A DNA stretch of 64,000 nucleotides, taken from Blastocladiella emersonii ATCC 22665 (lineage: Eukaryota; Fungi; Blastocladiomycota). The first letter of the stretch is position 1. Each line of letters begins with the position of its first letter. Position numbers and translations under genes: made by a program. Positions 44,915 to 57,259 of the stretch are shown here, piece after piece. Location of the stretch: the NCBI GenBank assembly GCA_025594325.1, contig JANHCV010000001.1, positions 2,232,001 to 2,296,000 on the forward strand. Direction: 5' to 3'. The notes below the pieces were generated by a model. It was not told where the DNA came from and ran no database searches. It saw nothing but the letters and a program-made list of their open reading frames with translations.

Positions 44915-45188
44915 CTGCCACCGCGCGGCACGCTATTTAGTCTCCGGGGTGCTTCCGAAGTGGCATAGTAGCTTCAAAATTTACCTTGCATCAAGTTACA
45001 TTCAGCTCTCAGAGAAACTGTGTGGTGATCGGGGAGAGGCGGAGTCGGAGGCGAGACGAAGACGAAGTCGAAGGTGGGAGTCAGCTCAGCTGCCCCGTGT
45101 GGCGTGGCGCAGCGCGACCCCGGACGACCCTTGCACGGGATATCAGCTAACGTATGCTTCAAAAACGCTCCAAATTGTCCCGCACAGA

Positions 45189-46564
45189 TCAATCGTCATC
45201 GTCGCTGAGCAGGCTGATCACGGTCGAGATTACAGTGGCCGAGGGCTCCGACTTCGGGGAGTTTGCGCGGCGCCCACGAGGTCTCTACGTCGTGGTACGC
45301 GGCGCTTCGCCGACCGCGTACAAATGGTTTCGGTCGCGTGATCGGTTTCAGCCCCGGTTCTGACCCACGCGGTCCCGCTCGCTTCGACCAACGATCCCGC
45401 TCCCCCGACCGGTCGCTGGCCAAACAGCTCTCGCTCCCACACCAGGAGATGCTCCTTACTCTCGCTTACCAGGACATCTCAGGTGTGTGGATCATCCTCG
45501 CTTCCTTCTGCCCTGCTCTGTTGCTCTTCCTCTCCATCCTCTGTTATCGTTATAAACTCTCGCTTACCAGGACATCTCAGAACGATTTCCGGCTAGTGAG
45601 TGGTCAGCCGACCGTCGCGGTCCCCCACCTCTCGCCGTACTAGTCGTCGCCATCGTCAAGGTAGACGACGGGCGTCGGACGAACGGGTCCCTCGTTTGTA
45701 CGGCGACGTTTGTGCGCGCTCGAGCCGTCGCCGAGCTTAATGAGCCCCTTGATCTCCGTCGTGCCGCGCTCGAGCTTGATGGCTTGAGCAGAAGCCGTTG
45801 CGGAAGCAGGTGGAGGCACGCCGAGTGCGGTCGCCGTCGTGTCGGGCGTCGGGATATAGTTGCGAACCTCGAGCATGTTTCGGTTCATGTATGCAAAGTA
45901 AAAGACGTGGACGAGCTGCTCCTTGACAAACTTGACGGAAGAGGGCTGGTACTGGCCGATGGGCGCGCCGAATCTGGTGGGACAAGGCGTTAGTGCGGGT
46001 CCTCCGTGATTTCAAGAGCCAAAGTACAGCCGCACCCAGTCGTATGCGTGATGTGCGCGGCCTTCTTCTGCTTCTCATGAGAACAAGCTGGCGGTGTGCA
46101 AGTGCAAGGCCGATGGCGGCGTCGTGCGGATACTGCGGAGTTTCATGCCCGTGCCAAATCTTGACCTTGATTTGTCCAACGCCCTCAAGATGCACGTTGG
46201 TCGCCATGGTCATGTCATGCGTGTCGACGACCGTATCCTCGGCGACCGGCTTCATATCAGAGAAAATCAACGGAAGCTTCTTGGTCCCGTTCTGAATGGC
46301 GTAGTCCATCTTATGTCAAGTGGGCTTCAAGGATGTCGCCGTAATGAGGACGTTCACGCCATCGAGCACAAGCAGTCCGCCGACGCAAGCGTGAGCGGTC
46401 TGCTCGTTCTTGAGGACGGCGCCAAAGCGAGCGCCGCTAACCGACTCGATGCCGCAGCGAGTCTCCTTGACGCCGTCCCGGCGAACCGTTGTCTCGACCT
46501 TGTACTCCTCGGTCCGTCCGCCGTTCACCTCGACGTGGATGCGTAGAGCGTCAACGACAGGCAT
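45189..46564 (-). pseudogene. Tandem family copy D (pseudogene)
   Basis: In-frame TGA at 46316-46318, 1-bp deletion near 46077, ~350-bp insertion (45292-45642) splitting the tail, and a further frameshift near 45255. Intron 2 is absent. Confidence 0.8.
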
Positions 46565-46811
46565 GTCTCAAAGTTTGCGTGCAGTTTCCATTAGTTGCGC
46601 TTCAGCAACGCCGGTGTTGAGAGCTGGAGCGAGAGCGTCGATGCGGCTGGCGGAGGACCTCGGCCGAGGCGCTCGCTTCAGAGTCCGCGAGATCCCGTGG
46701 CCGCGGCCAGCGAAGGTCGACGCTCGCCCGCTCCCATAGCGCTCCCCCGCTCCCATAGCGCTCCCCCCTCACCTGCACTAAACGCACTCTCACGCATCGA
46801 AAGTCTATGCA

Positions 46812-48125
46812 ATGGCCAAGAAGAAGAAGAAGACCTTCCGCCCGTGGTGCTGGTGGGTCCTTCTGATGCATCGACGTAGATGAAGACGACAGAGCTCAAA
46901 CGGCTCGCTCGAACGCTGGTAGGTACTGCGACCGCGACTTTGAGGACGAGAAGGTCCTGCTGCAGCACCAGAAGCAGAAGCACTTCAAGTGCGACTGGTG
47001 CTCCAAGAAGCTGAGCACGGCGAGCGGCATGGTCATCCACGCCGCGCAGGTTCACAAGGAAACAATCAAGAAGTGCGTGCTCCCGCTCCTCCCCGTAGTG
47101 TCCGTTGCCGCTGACCCTTGGCTGCCGTGTAGAGTGCCCAACGCGCTGCCGGGCCGCGACTCGCCCGACATGGACATCTTTGGCATGGACGGCATTCCCG
47201 AGGCGGACCTCGCCGCTCACCTGGCCGCACTCGAGGCGGCAAACCCGAAAAAGAAGCAGAAGGTCGACTCGGGCGAGGCTGTGGCCGTCGGCGGGAGCAG
47301 CAATGGGTCCGCCGGTCCGTCGTCAGCGACCGCGTCCGCGCTGCCGCCCGCTCCGCTCGGCTTCCACCCTGCCCCGCCTGGGTTCCCGTACTTTCCTCCT
47401 CCTCCTGGCATGCCCGGCGCTCCCGGCATGCCCGGCTACATGTTCCCGCCGCCGCCGGTCGGCTTCCCTGCGATGCCACACGGCCTCCCTCCTCCGCCGC
47501 CCGGGATGCCGCCCTTCATGCACGGGTTCCCGCCGCTTCCTCCCGGCGCCACGCCGCCCATGGGTGTGCCCGGCTACCCTTTCCCTCCCCCTCCTCCGCC
47601 ACCGCCGTCGTCTTCGTCGGCGGGTGCTCGACCGGCTTACCCGATCCCGCCTCCGCCGCCCAGCTCGACGGGCTCGCACCGTCCCCGCTCGACCTCCAAC
47701 TCGCAGGCACCTTCACCTGCCATCGCGTCGCTTCCCGCCAAGCCCGCCATCGCTCCTCCCTCGCCATCGTCCCGTCGCCCGCGCAGTCCGGCCCGGTCCG
47801 CCGTCGCACCTCGGCCGCCCGTCCCCTCGGATCCTCAGGTGCGTCGAACCCCTTCACCACGCAGGCGCTCGCCGAGGGCTCCGTCACCGCACGCCGCCGC
47901 CAACGTGGCGCCTTCGGTCCCGGCAGGAACTGCCTCGCCCGGCGACGCCGCGCAAGCTGCCTCCGCGCAATCCGACGCCGGCGACAAGGAGACCGTCCTA
48001 GTCTACGACGACGCCGAGATGTCCATGGTACGCGCTCGTGCTCGGGGTCCGTCATCGCCGTGATCTTACGCATACCACCGCTCCTGTAGGAAGAGCGATG
48101 CGCCGCCGCGCTCGGCTCGAAGTGA
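46812..48125 (+). CDS. BuGZ/ZNF207-like C2H2 zinc-finger protein
   Basis: Spliced MAKKKKKTFRPWCW|YCDRDFEDEKVLLQHQKQKHFKCDWCSKKLSTASGMVIHAAQVHKE...VPNALPGR...DIFGMDGIP, Pro-rich middle, C-terminal LVYDDAEMSM|EER. Confidence 0.88.
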
Positions 48126-48311
48126 ACCCTCGTAGCGTCCGCACTCCGTTCCTAATGAATCATGGTTTTGATCCACTGCTGGCGATGCTTGAGGTTTTTG
48201 GAGACGCGGTTCTCCGGCACGTGGCGGAGAGCTTGGCCACCAGGGGGACTTGTTCGCCACCGCCAAGTCGCCCTCTCTCCCCCGCTCCTCAACTATACAC
48301 CACAATTCGCA

Positions 48312-49293
48312 ATGGCAAAGAAGTCTGGACCTAATGCATCGCCCGCGCCCAAGCGCAAGACGGACAGCTCCGCGCCCGCGACGGTGAAGCCGACCGAGGG
48401 CGACGACCCGGTCCGCCCGAACCTCACCTACCGCGAGCGTTCGACGTCGCGCACCTACCGCCTTGCCAACCTGTTCATGACCTTCTTCTTCATCTACGCG
48501 ACCTACGTGCAGCAGAATGATCCCGACTCGTTCGCGTGGATGGCCTTCTACTCGCTGTGCGGCCTCTGCGCGTTCCTCAACACGTTCGACAGCATCCCGG
48601 TCGACCCGCCGCTCCTGCCCGCCAACCTCATCGGTACGCGGACCCTCGCTGGTGCGCTACAGGCCCTGCTAACCTTCCCCGCGCCCGCCAGGCATCTACC
48701 TCTTCACCCTCTCGCTCCAGGCGAGCGGCATCATCCCCGACGGCGAGGGCGCCTTTAACAAGGCCGCCTTCAAGACCTTCTTCGACGTGCACGACGAGAA
48801 CGGCCGCGAGCGCGCCGGCATCGCCATCTCGCTCTTCTGGATCACGACCGCGCGCCTGAACCCGAGCATGACCCGTAACGTCGCCCTCGTCGCGGCCGCC
48901 GCCGGCGCCATCACCGCGGCCTACTACGTCCCCAAGTACGCCATGTCGTGGAACGATGTCAAGGACGTGGCCCACTGCCACGGGCTCGGCGCGACTCCCG
49001 CCGACGCGCCCGCCTCGGGTCTCCCCGCTGGCCACGCCGCGCTCATGGGCAGCGAGGAGAAGCAGTGCCCCTTCACCGGCCGCAAGGCCGCGCCCAAGGC
49101 TGCCGCTCCCAAGGCCGCCCCTGCCGCCGCCGCCGCCGCCGCCAAGTCCGAGGACGAGGAGGCTCGCAAGCGCGCCGAGGAGGCCAAGGCGATCATCGAC
49201 GAGATCGTCGCCAACACGCCGCAGAGCATCCTTAAGTCGCCCATCCCGATCCCGACCGACCCGACCAAGCGTGTCCATGTCGATTTGAACTAA
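48312..49293 (+). CDS. TMEM220-like membrane protein with soluble C-terminal extension
   Basis: YVQQNDPDSFAWMAFY and ENGRERAGIAISLFW resemble TMEM220 motifs. One intron (GTACGC...CCAG) near 48634-48690. Confidence 0.65.
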
Positions 49294-49574
49294 TTAGTAT
49301 CGATGTATCCCCTCCTTCGAGAAACACGGCGAAAAAAATGTCTCCCGTTCTGCGGTCACGTTTTGATGGGAGACGCGAGACGCGACGCGTCGCGCTTTCG
49401 CTCGCTCGCTCGGACGCACTGTGCTGAAGGCCATCGCGCCGTCAAAATCGACTTCGGCCTGCTCTGGCTCGTTCCGCCTCCTAGCGCAAGATCCTCGCAC
49501 ACTTGCATAGCCTTCCTTAGCCCCGCATCCTCCCCGACTAGACCAAGAGCGACCCGATCACACATCCGCACGCC

Positions 49575-52500
49575 ATGTCTGCGACCCCTGGCCGCGATCC
49601 GCGCGGCACCGGCGGCGGTAGCGGCGGCCTGCCCGCCGACCTCGCCCAAGATCTACCCGAGGTGACGCTCGACTCGGTCGCCTTCGCCCTGGCCTCGCGC
49701 TTCGCCGGCAACGAGTGGGCCGCGCACGTTGGTCCCGGCGGCTCGGCCCTCGCCTCCGTCTCTGCGCCCAGCCTCCCCGTCCTGCAGTCGAGCGTCGCGA
49801 CGTCGGCTATCCGCGATGCGTGGAAGGACGCGTTCCGCCGTACCTACGAGGGCAACACGCGCGACGCGCTCCCGCTGCCCGTCGGCTCGAGCGCCGCAGC
49901 CAAGCCCGCCGAGTCGGCCACGGCCCCGCCGACGCTCTCGCCTCATGTCTTCTCGATCGTCAACGACACGCTCATGGAGGCGCGTCGCGCCGGCAAGAGC
50001 CAGTCGATCGTCTTCCGGTACGCCGCCGCGGTCGCCCGTAGCCCCTACGAATCGATCACTAACGTGCGCGCGGTTGTGTAGTGGCAAGGACGCCGACACC
50101 CAGACCGGTCTCGCGCTGTCGCACCTGCTCGACATTGCGCGTCTCGACAAGAAGAACGACAAGTTCCAGCGCCGCGTCCATGCCGGCCGCACGCTGATCC
50201 AGTTCCTCGGCCAGACGGCGACCACGTCTACGTCAAGCGCCGCGCCGGGCCAGGTCACACTCACTCGCACGCCGCGCTACGCCGAGTTCATGGAGCTGCT
50301 CCTCGACGCCGAGTCGTCGTCGCACCGCGCGTGCGGGTTCCGCTTCAACCCGCTCAACTTCGACTCGCGCCACGTCTTTGCCCCCGAGGCCGGCAGCCCG
50401 ACCTTCCTCGCGTTCCGCTACCTCCTGACGGGCCTCGACCTCGAGACGCGCACGTCGCTGCTGCTCCCGAACGGCTTCACGGCCAAGGCGTGCGCGGCCG
50501 TGGTCGCGGGCGACGCGCCGACGCGGCCCGACGAGGCCAGCGAGTTTGCCGCGTTCACGGCGGCCATGGACACGCTCAACATCTCCAAGCGCCAGCGCGA
50601 CGCCGTGTGCCGCACGCTCGCCGCCATCCTGCACATTGGCCAGCTCCAGTTCGGTGAGGGCGGCGACCGCCACGGCGCCAACAAGCACGACGCCATGGGC
50701 AGCAGCGCATTCGTCGTCAACACGGACGCGCTCGACGCGGCCGCGGGCCTGCTCGGCGTCTCGCCGCAGATGCTCGAGTCGTCGCTCACGTCCGAGATCC
50801 GCCTCATCGGCCCCGACCGCGTCAGCGTCTTCCTCAACGCCGAGCAGGCGCTCCGCCGCGCGAGCCACGTCGCTGCTCACGTCTACCACGTCGTGTTCCT
50901 CGCCATGGTCAACGTCATCAACCGCAAGCTGTCGCCCGATCGCGGCGACGAAGCGGCGGCCAAGGACAAGCCCGAGAAGACCGACAAGGCCGACAAGCGC
51001 AAGTCGGAGAAGCTCGGCGGCGACAAGACGCAGACGCCGACCATCGCGATCCACCTCATGAACGTGCCGCTCGCGGTCACCGAGGCCGACACGGTGCACA
51101 GCCTGATCAATAACTACGTCGTCGAGTGCATCGAGCGGTACCTGCAGCACGCACTGTTTGAGGAGCGCATCGAGACCATGCGCCAGAGCGGGTACACTGG
51201 GCTCAACCAGACGGCGTACATCTCCAACGCCGACGTCTTCTCGCTGCTCGACGACCGCAAGTGGGGCCTCGTGCCGCTGCTCAACGCCGCGACCAACTCG
51301 CAGTCCCGCCCGCTCGTCGCCGGCGCGCCCAGCGAGGACTCGGAGTACACGTGGCTCGCCAACGCGTGCACCCGGCACCAGGCCCTGTCGCGCGAGCACC
51401 ACCGGCTGTCGCGCATCACGCAGCTCAGCCCGACCACGTCCACGGTCCAGCACACGTTCGGGCTCGCCACGTACCGCGTCGACAACCTCGTCCGCGAGAA
51501 CTGCGCGCTGCTGAGCGAGGACGTGGTCACGCTGTTCCGCGGGTCGGCTATCTCGTCGCTCCGCGACATGTTCCGCGACGAGATCGTGTCGCAGATCGCG
51601 GCCACCACGGCGGCGGCCGCCGCCAAGAAGCGCGCCAAGTCGAAGCGCAAGTCGGACATCCCCGACGCGCCCGCCACGGCCGCGAGCCTCGTCACGGGCC
51701 GGCTCGTCCAGATCCTCGCGTCGCTCGCCGGGTCGACGCCGCGCGTCGTCTTCTGCCTCCAGCACCACCCCCAGCCCACGTCGACGGCGTGCGACGCCAA
51801 GTTCCTGCAGGCCCAGATGGCCGAGCTCAACATTGTGCCGCTGTGCGAGCAGCTGCGCCAGCCGCTCCTCGACCTGACCATCCAGATGGCCGCCGACGAG
51901 TTCACGGCGCGGTACCGCCCGCTCACGCACGTCAACGGCGTCCCCGTGCCCGGCGCACTGAACCTCGACGCGTACCAGTTCCTCGCGGCCGCCGGGCTCG
52001 TCCCTGGCCGCGACTGCCACATGTCGTCGGGCAGCCTGCTCATCCCGATGCGCACCTGGCAGCGCCTCGAGGGCGCGCTCCGCCGCTGCGAGCGCGAGAA
52101 GAAGGCCGCCATCGCCAGCGCCAAGCACGCGCGCCGCGGGTCCGCGGCCATGTCAGACTACGCCGACAGCGAGGCCGGCGACTCGGACGTGGACTCGATC
52201 ATGGACGGGAGCGTCGACGACAACGAGAGCGTGTTCCGCCAGAGCACCGACCTCGGCTCCAACGCGCGGCTGCTGCTCGGCGACAAGCCCGCTGCGGCTG
52301 GCGCCGTTGCCCCCGCGCCGACGGGCAAGGACGCCGACAAGAAGGGCAAGAAGCCGGCCGTGGAGGAGATCCCCGTCTCGGGCCAGCGCCGCCGCTGGGT
52401 CGCGTACACGTGGCTCCTGACGTGGTGGATCCCGTCCATCTTCCTCAAGTGGTGCGGCGGCATGACGCGCCCCGACATCCAGATGGCGTGGCGCGAGAAG

Positions 52501-55500
52501 GTGGCGACGTGCATCACCATCCTCTTCTTCTGCGCGGCGCAGCTGTTCATCATCATTGGCCTCGGCCCGATTATCTGCCCGAAGCAGAACATCTACAACC
52601 TCGAGGAGCTGTACTTCAAGACCAGCTCCGACAAGGCGTTTGTCGGCATCTACGGCGCCGTGTACAAGCTCGAGGACTTTGTCGCGTTCGGCTCGTACCA
52701 CCCGGCGAGCCTGCTATTCACGTACGCCGGCCTCGACGTGACGGCCGGATTCCCGCGCACCCCCGCGCACTACTGCCAGTACGCGGCCGAGCAGCTGCCC
52801 AACTTCCCCGCCTTCTACGACACGGCCAAGACCATCGCCAACGGCACGCTGATCCAGGTCCGCCATGCGCAGTTCTACAACCAGGACCGGTACGCGGCCG
52901 AGGTCTCGATCGACCGCCGCCTCAAGGGCATGGCCGTGGCCAACGTCGGGTTCTCGTACGGAGAGGTCGCCGGCATGTCTTCGAGCAGCCTCGAGCGCCC
53001 GCGCAAGATGTTCATCATCAACGACGTCGTCTACGACATCCAGCCCTACCGCGACGTGCTCGCCGACGACCCGAAGCTCGATTTCCTGCCGCCCAGCATC
53101 CTCGACTACCTCGTCGCCAATGCGGGCAAGGACCTGACCTCGGACAAGAAGTGGATGTCGGTGTGGAACGGCGACGCCAAGCTGCGCACCTGCTTCCGCA
53201 ACCTCATGGCCGTCGGCGTTGTCGACTACCGCACCAGCGCGCGGTGCCAGGTCACCAACTACGTCCTGCTCGGCTTCTCGTGCATCCTCGTCGCCGTCAT
53301 CTTCGTCAAGTTCCTCGCGGCGCTCCAGCTCGGCAGCCGCCCCGCGCCCGAGGAGCTCGACAAGTTTGTCATCCTGCAGGTGCCGTGCTACACCGAGGAC
53401 GAGCAGTCGCTGCGCAAGACCATCGACTCGCTCGCCGTGACCCGCTACGACGACAAGCGCAAGCTGCTGTTCATCGTGTGCGACGGCAACATCATCGGCG
53501 CCGGTAACGACCGGCCCACGCCGCGCATCGTGCTCGACATTTTCGGCGTCGACCCCGAGTACGACCCCGAGGCGCTCTCGTTCCAGTCGCTCGGCGACGG
53601 CATCAAGCAGCACAACATGGGCAAGATCTACTCGGGTCTGTACGACGTGGACGGTCACCTCGTGCCGTACATTGTCGTCGTCAAGGTCGGCCGCCCGTCC
53701 GAGACGAGCAAGCCGGGTAACCGCGGCAAGCGCGACTCGCAGATGATCCTCATGCGATTTATGAACAAGGTGTACCTCGACCAGCCCATGTCGCCCCTCG
53801 AGCTCGAGATGTACCACCAGATCAACAACGTGATTGGCGTCAACCCCATGTTCTACGGTACGCGTCGCTAACGTGATGGGCCGCTGTGATGGCCAGCAAA
53901 CTGATGTGGTTCCTAAACTGTAGAGCTCTGCCTCATGGTCGACGCTGATACCGAGATCTACAAGGACAGCCTGACGCGCCTGGTCGCGACCATGGTCCAC
54001 GACACGACCGTCATGGGCTGCTGCGGCGAGACGCGTGTCGCCAACGAGAAGGATACCTGGACGACCATGATCCAGGTCTACGAGTACTGGATCTCGCACC
54101 ACATGGCCAAGGCCTTCGAGTCGCTGTTCGGCACCGTGACCTGTCTTCCCGGGTACGTCATCTGCTCCACCGACATTCATTTCCGCGACTGATTGTTGTC
54201 TCGATGTCTCGTAGTTGCTTCTCCATGTACCGCCTCCGCACGCCCAACAAGAACACTCCAGTTCTTTGCGCGACGCCGATCATCAAGGAGTACGGCAACG
54301 TCCACGTCGACACGCTGCACATGAAGAACCTGCTCCATCTCGGCGAGGACCGCTACCTGACCACGCTCATGCTCAAGTACCATCCCAACATGCGCACGGT
54401 ACATTTCTGCGTATGAGGATACGTGAACCGCAATGCTCACTATCTCGGTGCCCTAGGTCTTCACCGCCGATGCGATTTGCGAGACGGTCGCGCCCGACCG
54501 CTGGAACATCCTGCTCTCGCAGCGTCGTCGGTGGATCAACTCGACGATTCACAACCTGGTCGAGCTACTTGACATTGACGAGCTCTGCGGTTGCTGTCTC
54601 TTCTCGATGCGCGCGGTGGTCTTCCTCGACCTGATTTCGACGTTCTTGCAGCCGGCCATCGTCGCGTACCTCGGATGTACGTGCAGCGCTCATGCGCCGG
54701 CGAACGATCGCGGAACTCACTGCGCGGCCCCCACGTCTAGACCTCGTCTACCTCATCGTGGACTCGATGCACAACGAGGAGTACGGGCGGTTCCCGCTGC
54801 TCTCGCTGATTCTCCTCGCCGCCATGTACGGCGTCCAGGCCATCATTTTCCTGGTCAAGCGCGAGTGGTCGCACATCGTCTGGATGATCATCTGTACGTC
54901 TCTCCACCATTTAAACTACTTTGGTCTATCTAACCTCTCCCTGAAAACGTCTAGACCTGATCTCTATCCCTATTTTCAGCTTCGCGATCCCGGTCTACTC
55001 GGTACGCGCTCACCTTCGCGTCAAACTTCGCGGCGTCGCTCCCTAGCTTCGCCGCATCACTCCCAAACCTTTCTAACCTCTTTCCCTATAGTTCTGGCAC
55101 GGCGATGATCTTTCCTGGGGCCAAACAAGGCTCGTTCTAGGTGAGAATGGCAACAAGCAGGTCATCCACGCCGAAGGCGAGGAATTCGACCCGTCCATGA
55201 TCCCGCTCAAGAAGTGGGCCGACTACGAGCAGGAGCTCCTCGAGCTCGAGGCCAAGCAGTCGGACGACAACGACAACGTCTCGGTGATCAGCGATCTGTC
55301 GTTCAACTCGCGCGGCGGCAAGGCTATGAGCGCGTACGGCGGCTACGGTGCCGTCGGCGGCGCGTACGGCGGCGGCATGGTCCAGATCCCGATCTCGCCG
55401 GCGACCGGCGTCCGCCCGCAGAGCATGCCCATCATGTCGCCCATCATCACGTCGGGCCAGCTCGCGCCGGGCGTACCCATGAGCCCGTCGATCACCACGG

Positions 55501-55853
55501 GGTTCGCCGCGAGCCCCATGTCAGCTACGGTGCAGAACCGCCGCTCGTTCCAGCCGCAGCAGTCGCTCTCGCAGGTCATCGCGTCCAACGGCCGCCCCGC
55601 GTCCATGTTCGTGCCCTGCTCGGCCATGCCCGGCACCCCGCTCTCGGCCTCGCTCGCGTCGCCCGCGCTCAGCCCGTCGGACGCGGTCCTGTTCACGGCC
55701 GTCCAGGAGATCCTCGCGCGCTCGGACCTCATGACCATCACCAAGAAGCAGGTCCGCGAGGAGCTGTCGCAGATGTTCGGCGGCGTCGACCTCCGCGCGC
55801 GCCGCGACCAGATCAACCGCATGATTGCCGAGATCCTCTCGACCATGCAGTAG
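49575..55853 (+). CDS. Myosin-motor-like-domain chitin synthase (class V/VII) with cytochrome b5-like region and DEK-C tail
   Basis: [41 protein letters not shown]|[34 protein letters not shown]-like [13 protein letters not shown]...RRDQINRMI. Multiple introns in the 3' half. Confidence 0.95.
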
Positions 55854-56215
55854 CGAGCAGTTGTGTGGTTGTGGCCGTGGTTGTGGCCTGTTATATCCAG
55901 TTAATCGACTTTTATTTCCTTTGCAACCGACTTGCACTCCTGACCTGCGCGTCAAAAACTCAGGCTCGCCTCGCCACCTTCGCTCCTCTCGTCCGCGCGT
56001 CTCGCTCCCCAACGTTCTCGCGAGACGTACAAATTCTCTGCTGGAAGCGCACAGAATGCTCAATCTCCACAGAGGTTTAGGAGGCCCTGATACGCGCACT
56101 GCGTGCCGTCTGCTTAACGCGTTGTGAAAACACGTGACGGGCGTGAGACAAACTGCGAGACACTTTTCGCCGCGCAAACCCATCAGTATCTATTGAGGTC
56201 CCTGCCACAGACTCT

Positions 56216-57058
56216 TTACGACGACGACTTGGCCTGTTTCCGAATCAGCGCGCGACTCTTGAGATCCGCGAGCCGGATCGGCTCAGGGATACGGAACTTG
56301 CAGCACGCGAGGACGAGCGCGACCGCCGTCTCGAGCGCGACGCGGTGCCCGACCGAGACAAAGACCGGGTTCGTCGTCGAGTCCAGCGGCAGGACCGCTG
56401 CGCCGTACACATGGTTCTCGGGCGGCTTTCCGCAGAGGAGAAAGTAGTCGCCGCCGCGCTCGAGTTCCACGCGCGCCCTTTCCTTGACGTGGTTCATGGT
56501 CAACTCCTTGCCCTCGCCGCGGATCTCGAGAAAGTTCTTGCCGACGCCCAGCGTCGGAATCCCGCTCACGACGCCGAGATGGCACGCGAGCCCGAACCGG
56601 CGCGGGTGCAGTTTCCCGTTGCCGTCGACCATGATGAGCTGCGGGGCGAACTTGGTCGGGATGCGCTGGATCACAGTCATGAGCGGACCAATCTCGCGGA
56701 ACGCGAGGAAGCCCGGGATATACGGCAGGTCGAGCTCGACGGCCTCGTAGTCCTCGTACACGGACTTGAGCGAGGGCCACGCGCACACGATCACGCAGGC
56801 AACGGCCGACTGCGTGGTCTGGCCTGAGATCGGGTCCTCCTTGTCGACAAAACTGATGTCGACGCCGGCCAGGTATTTGAGGTCGGGAAACTGTCCGTTG
56901 CCCGACGCGGTGAAGCTCGGGTCGTCCGCTTCAACCATGAGCGCGCGGAGCGACTCCTGCTCTCTAAGTGACAGCGAGCTCTCATCAGCAAGCGGTTTGG
57001 GCTATCATCGCATCGTGGTTTCATACTTGATCCATTTAGCGCGAAAATCAGAATCCAT
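56216..57058 (-). CDS. ENDOV: Endonuclease V (deoxyinosine/inosine 3' endonuclease)
   Basis: First exon MDSDFRAKWIK, intron 56964-57026. GVDISF, PYIPGFLAFRE, VDGNGKLHPRRFGLACHLG, GVGKN, PVFVSVGH, RIPEPIRLAD. Confidence 0.94.
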
Positions 57059-57259
57059 GGTCGCGATCAGCAGGAGAGCGAGAACCCGCCGCGACCTCGC
57101 GCGCGCTCTTGAGCCCTTCCCCCCTGCGTCAACCCCGCGCGGCATGACTCATTTGCTATGCGAAACGTGGCGCGTTTATTCGTTCGCGGGTATTTATTCG
57201 ATGCGATTCCAAAAGAGTCGAAAGCTGCATGTTTTGGTGGTGGGTGTGCCGGGTGCTTG

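Noticed and set aside
45458-45580. 25-bp direct repeats as a mini-CRISPR
   Set aside because: Only two exact units with a 73-bp gap, not palindromic, inside an insertion in a pseudogene.
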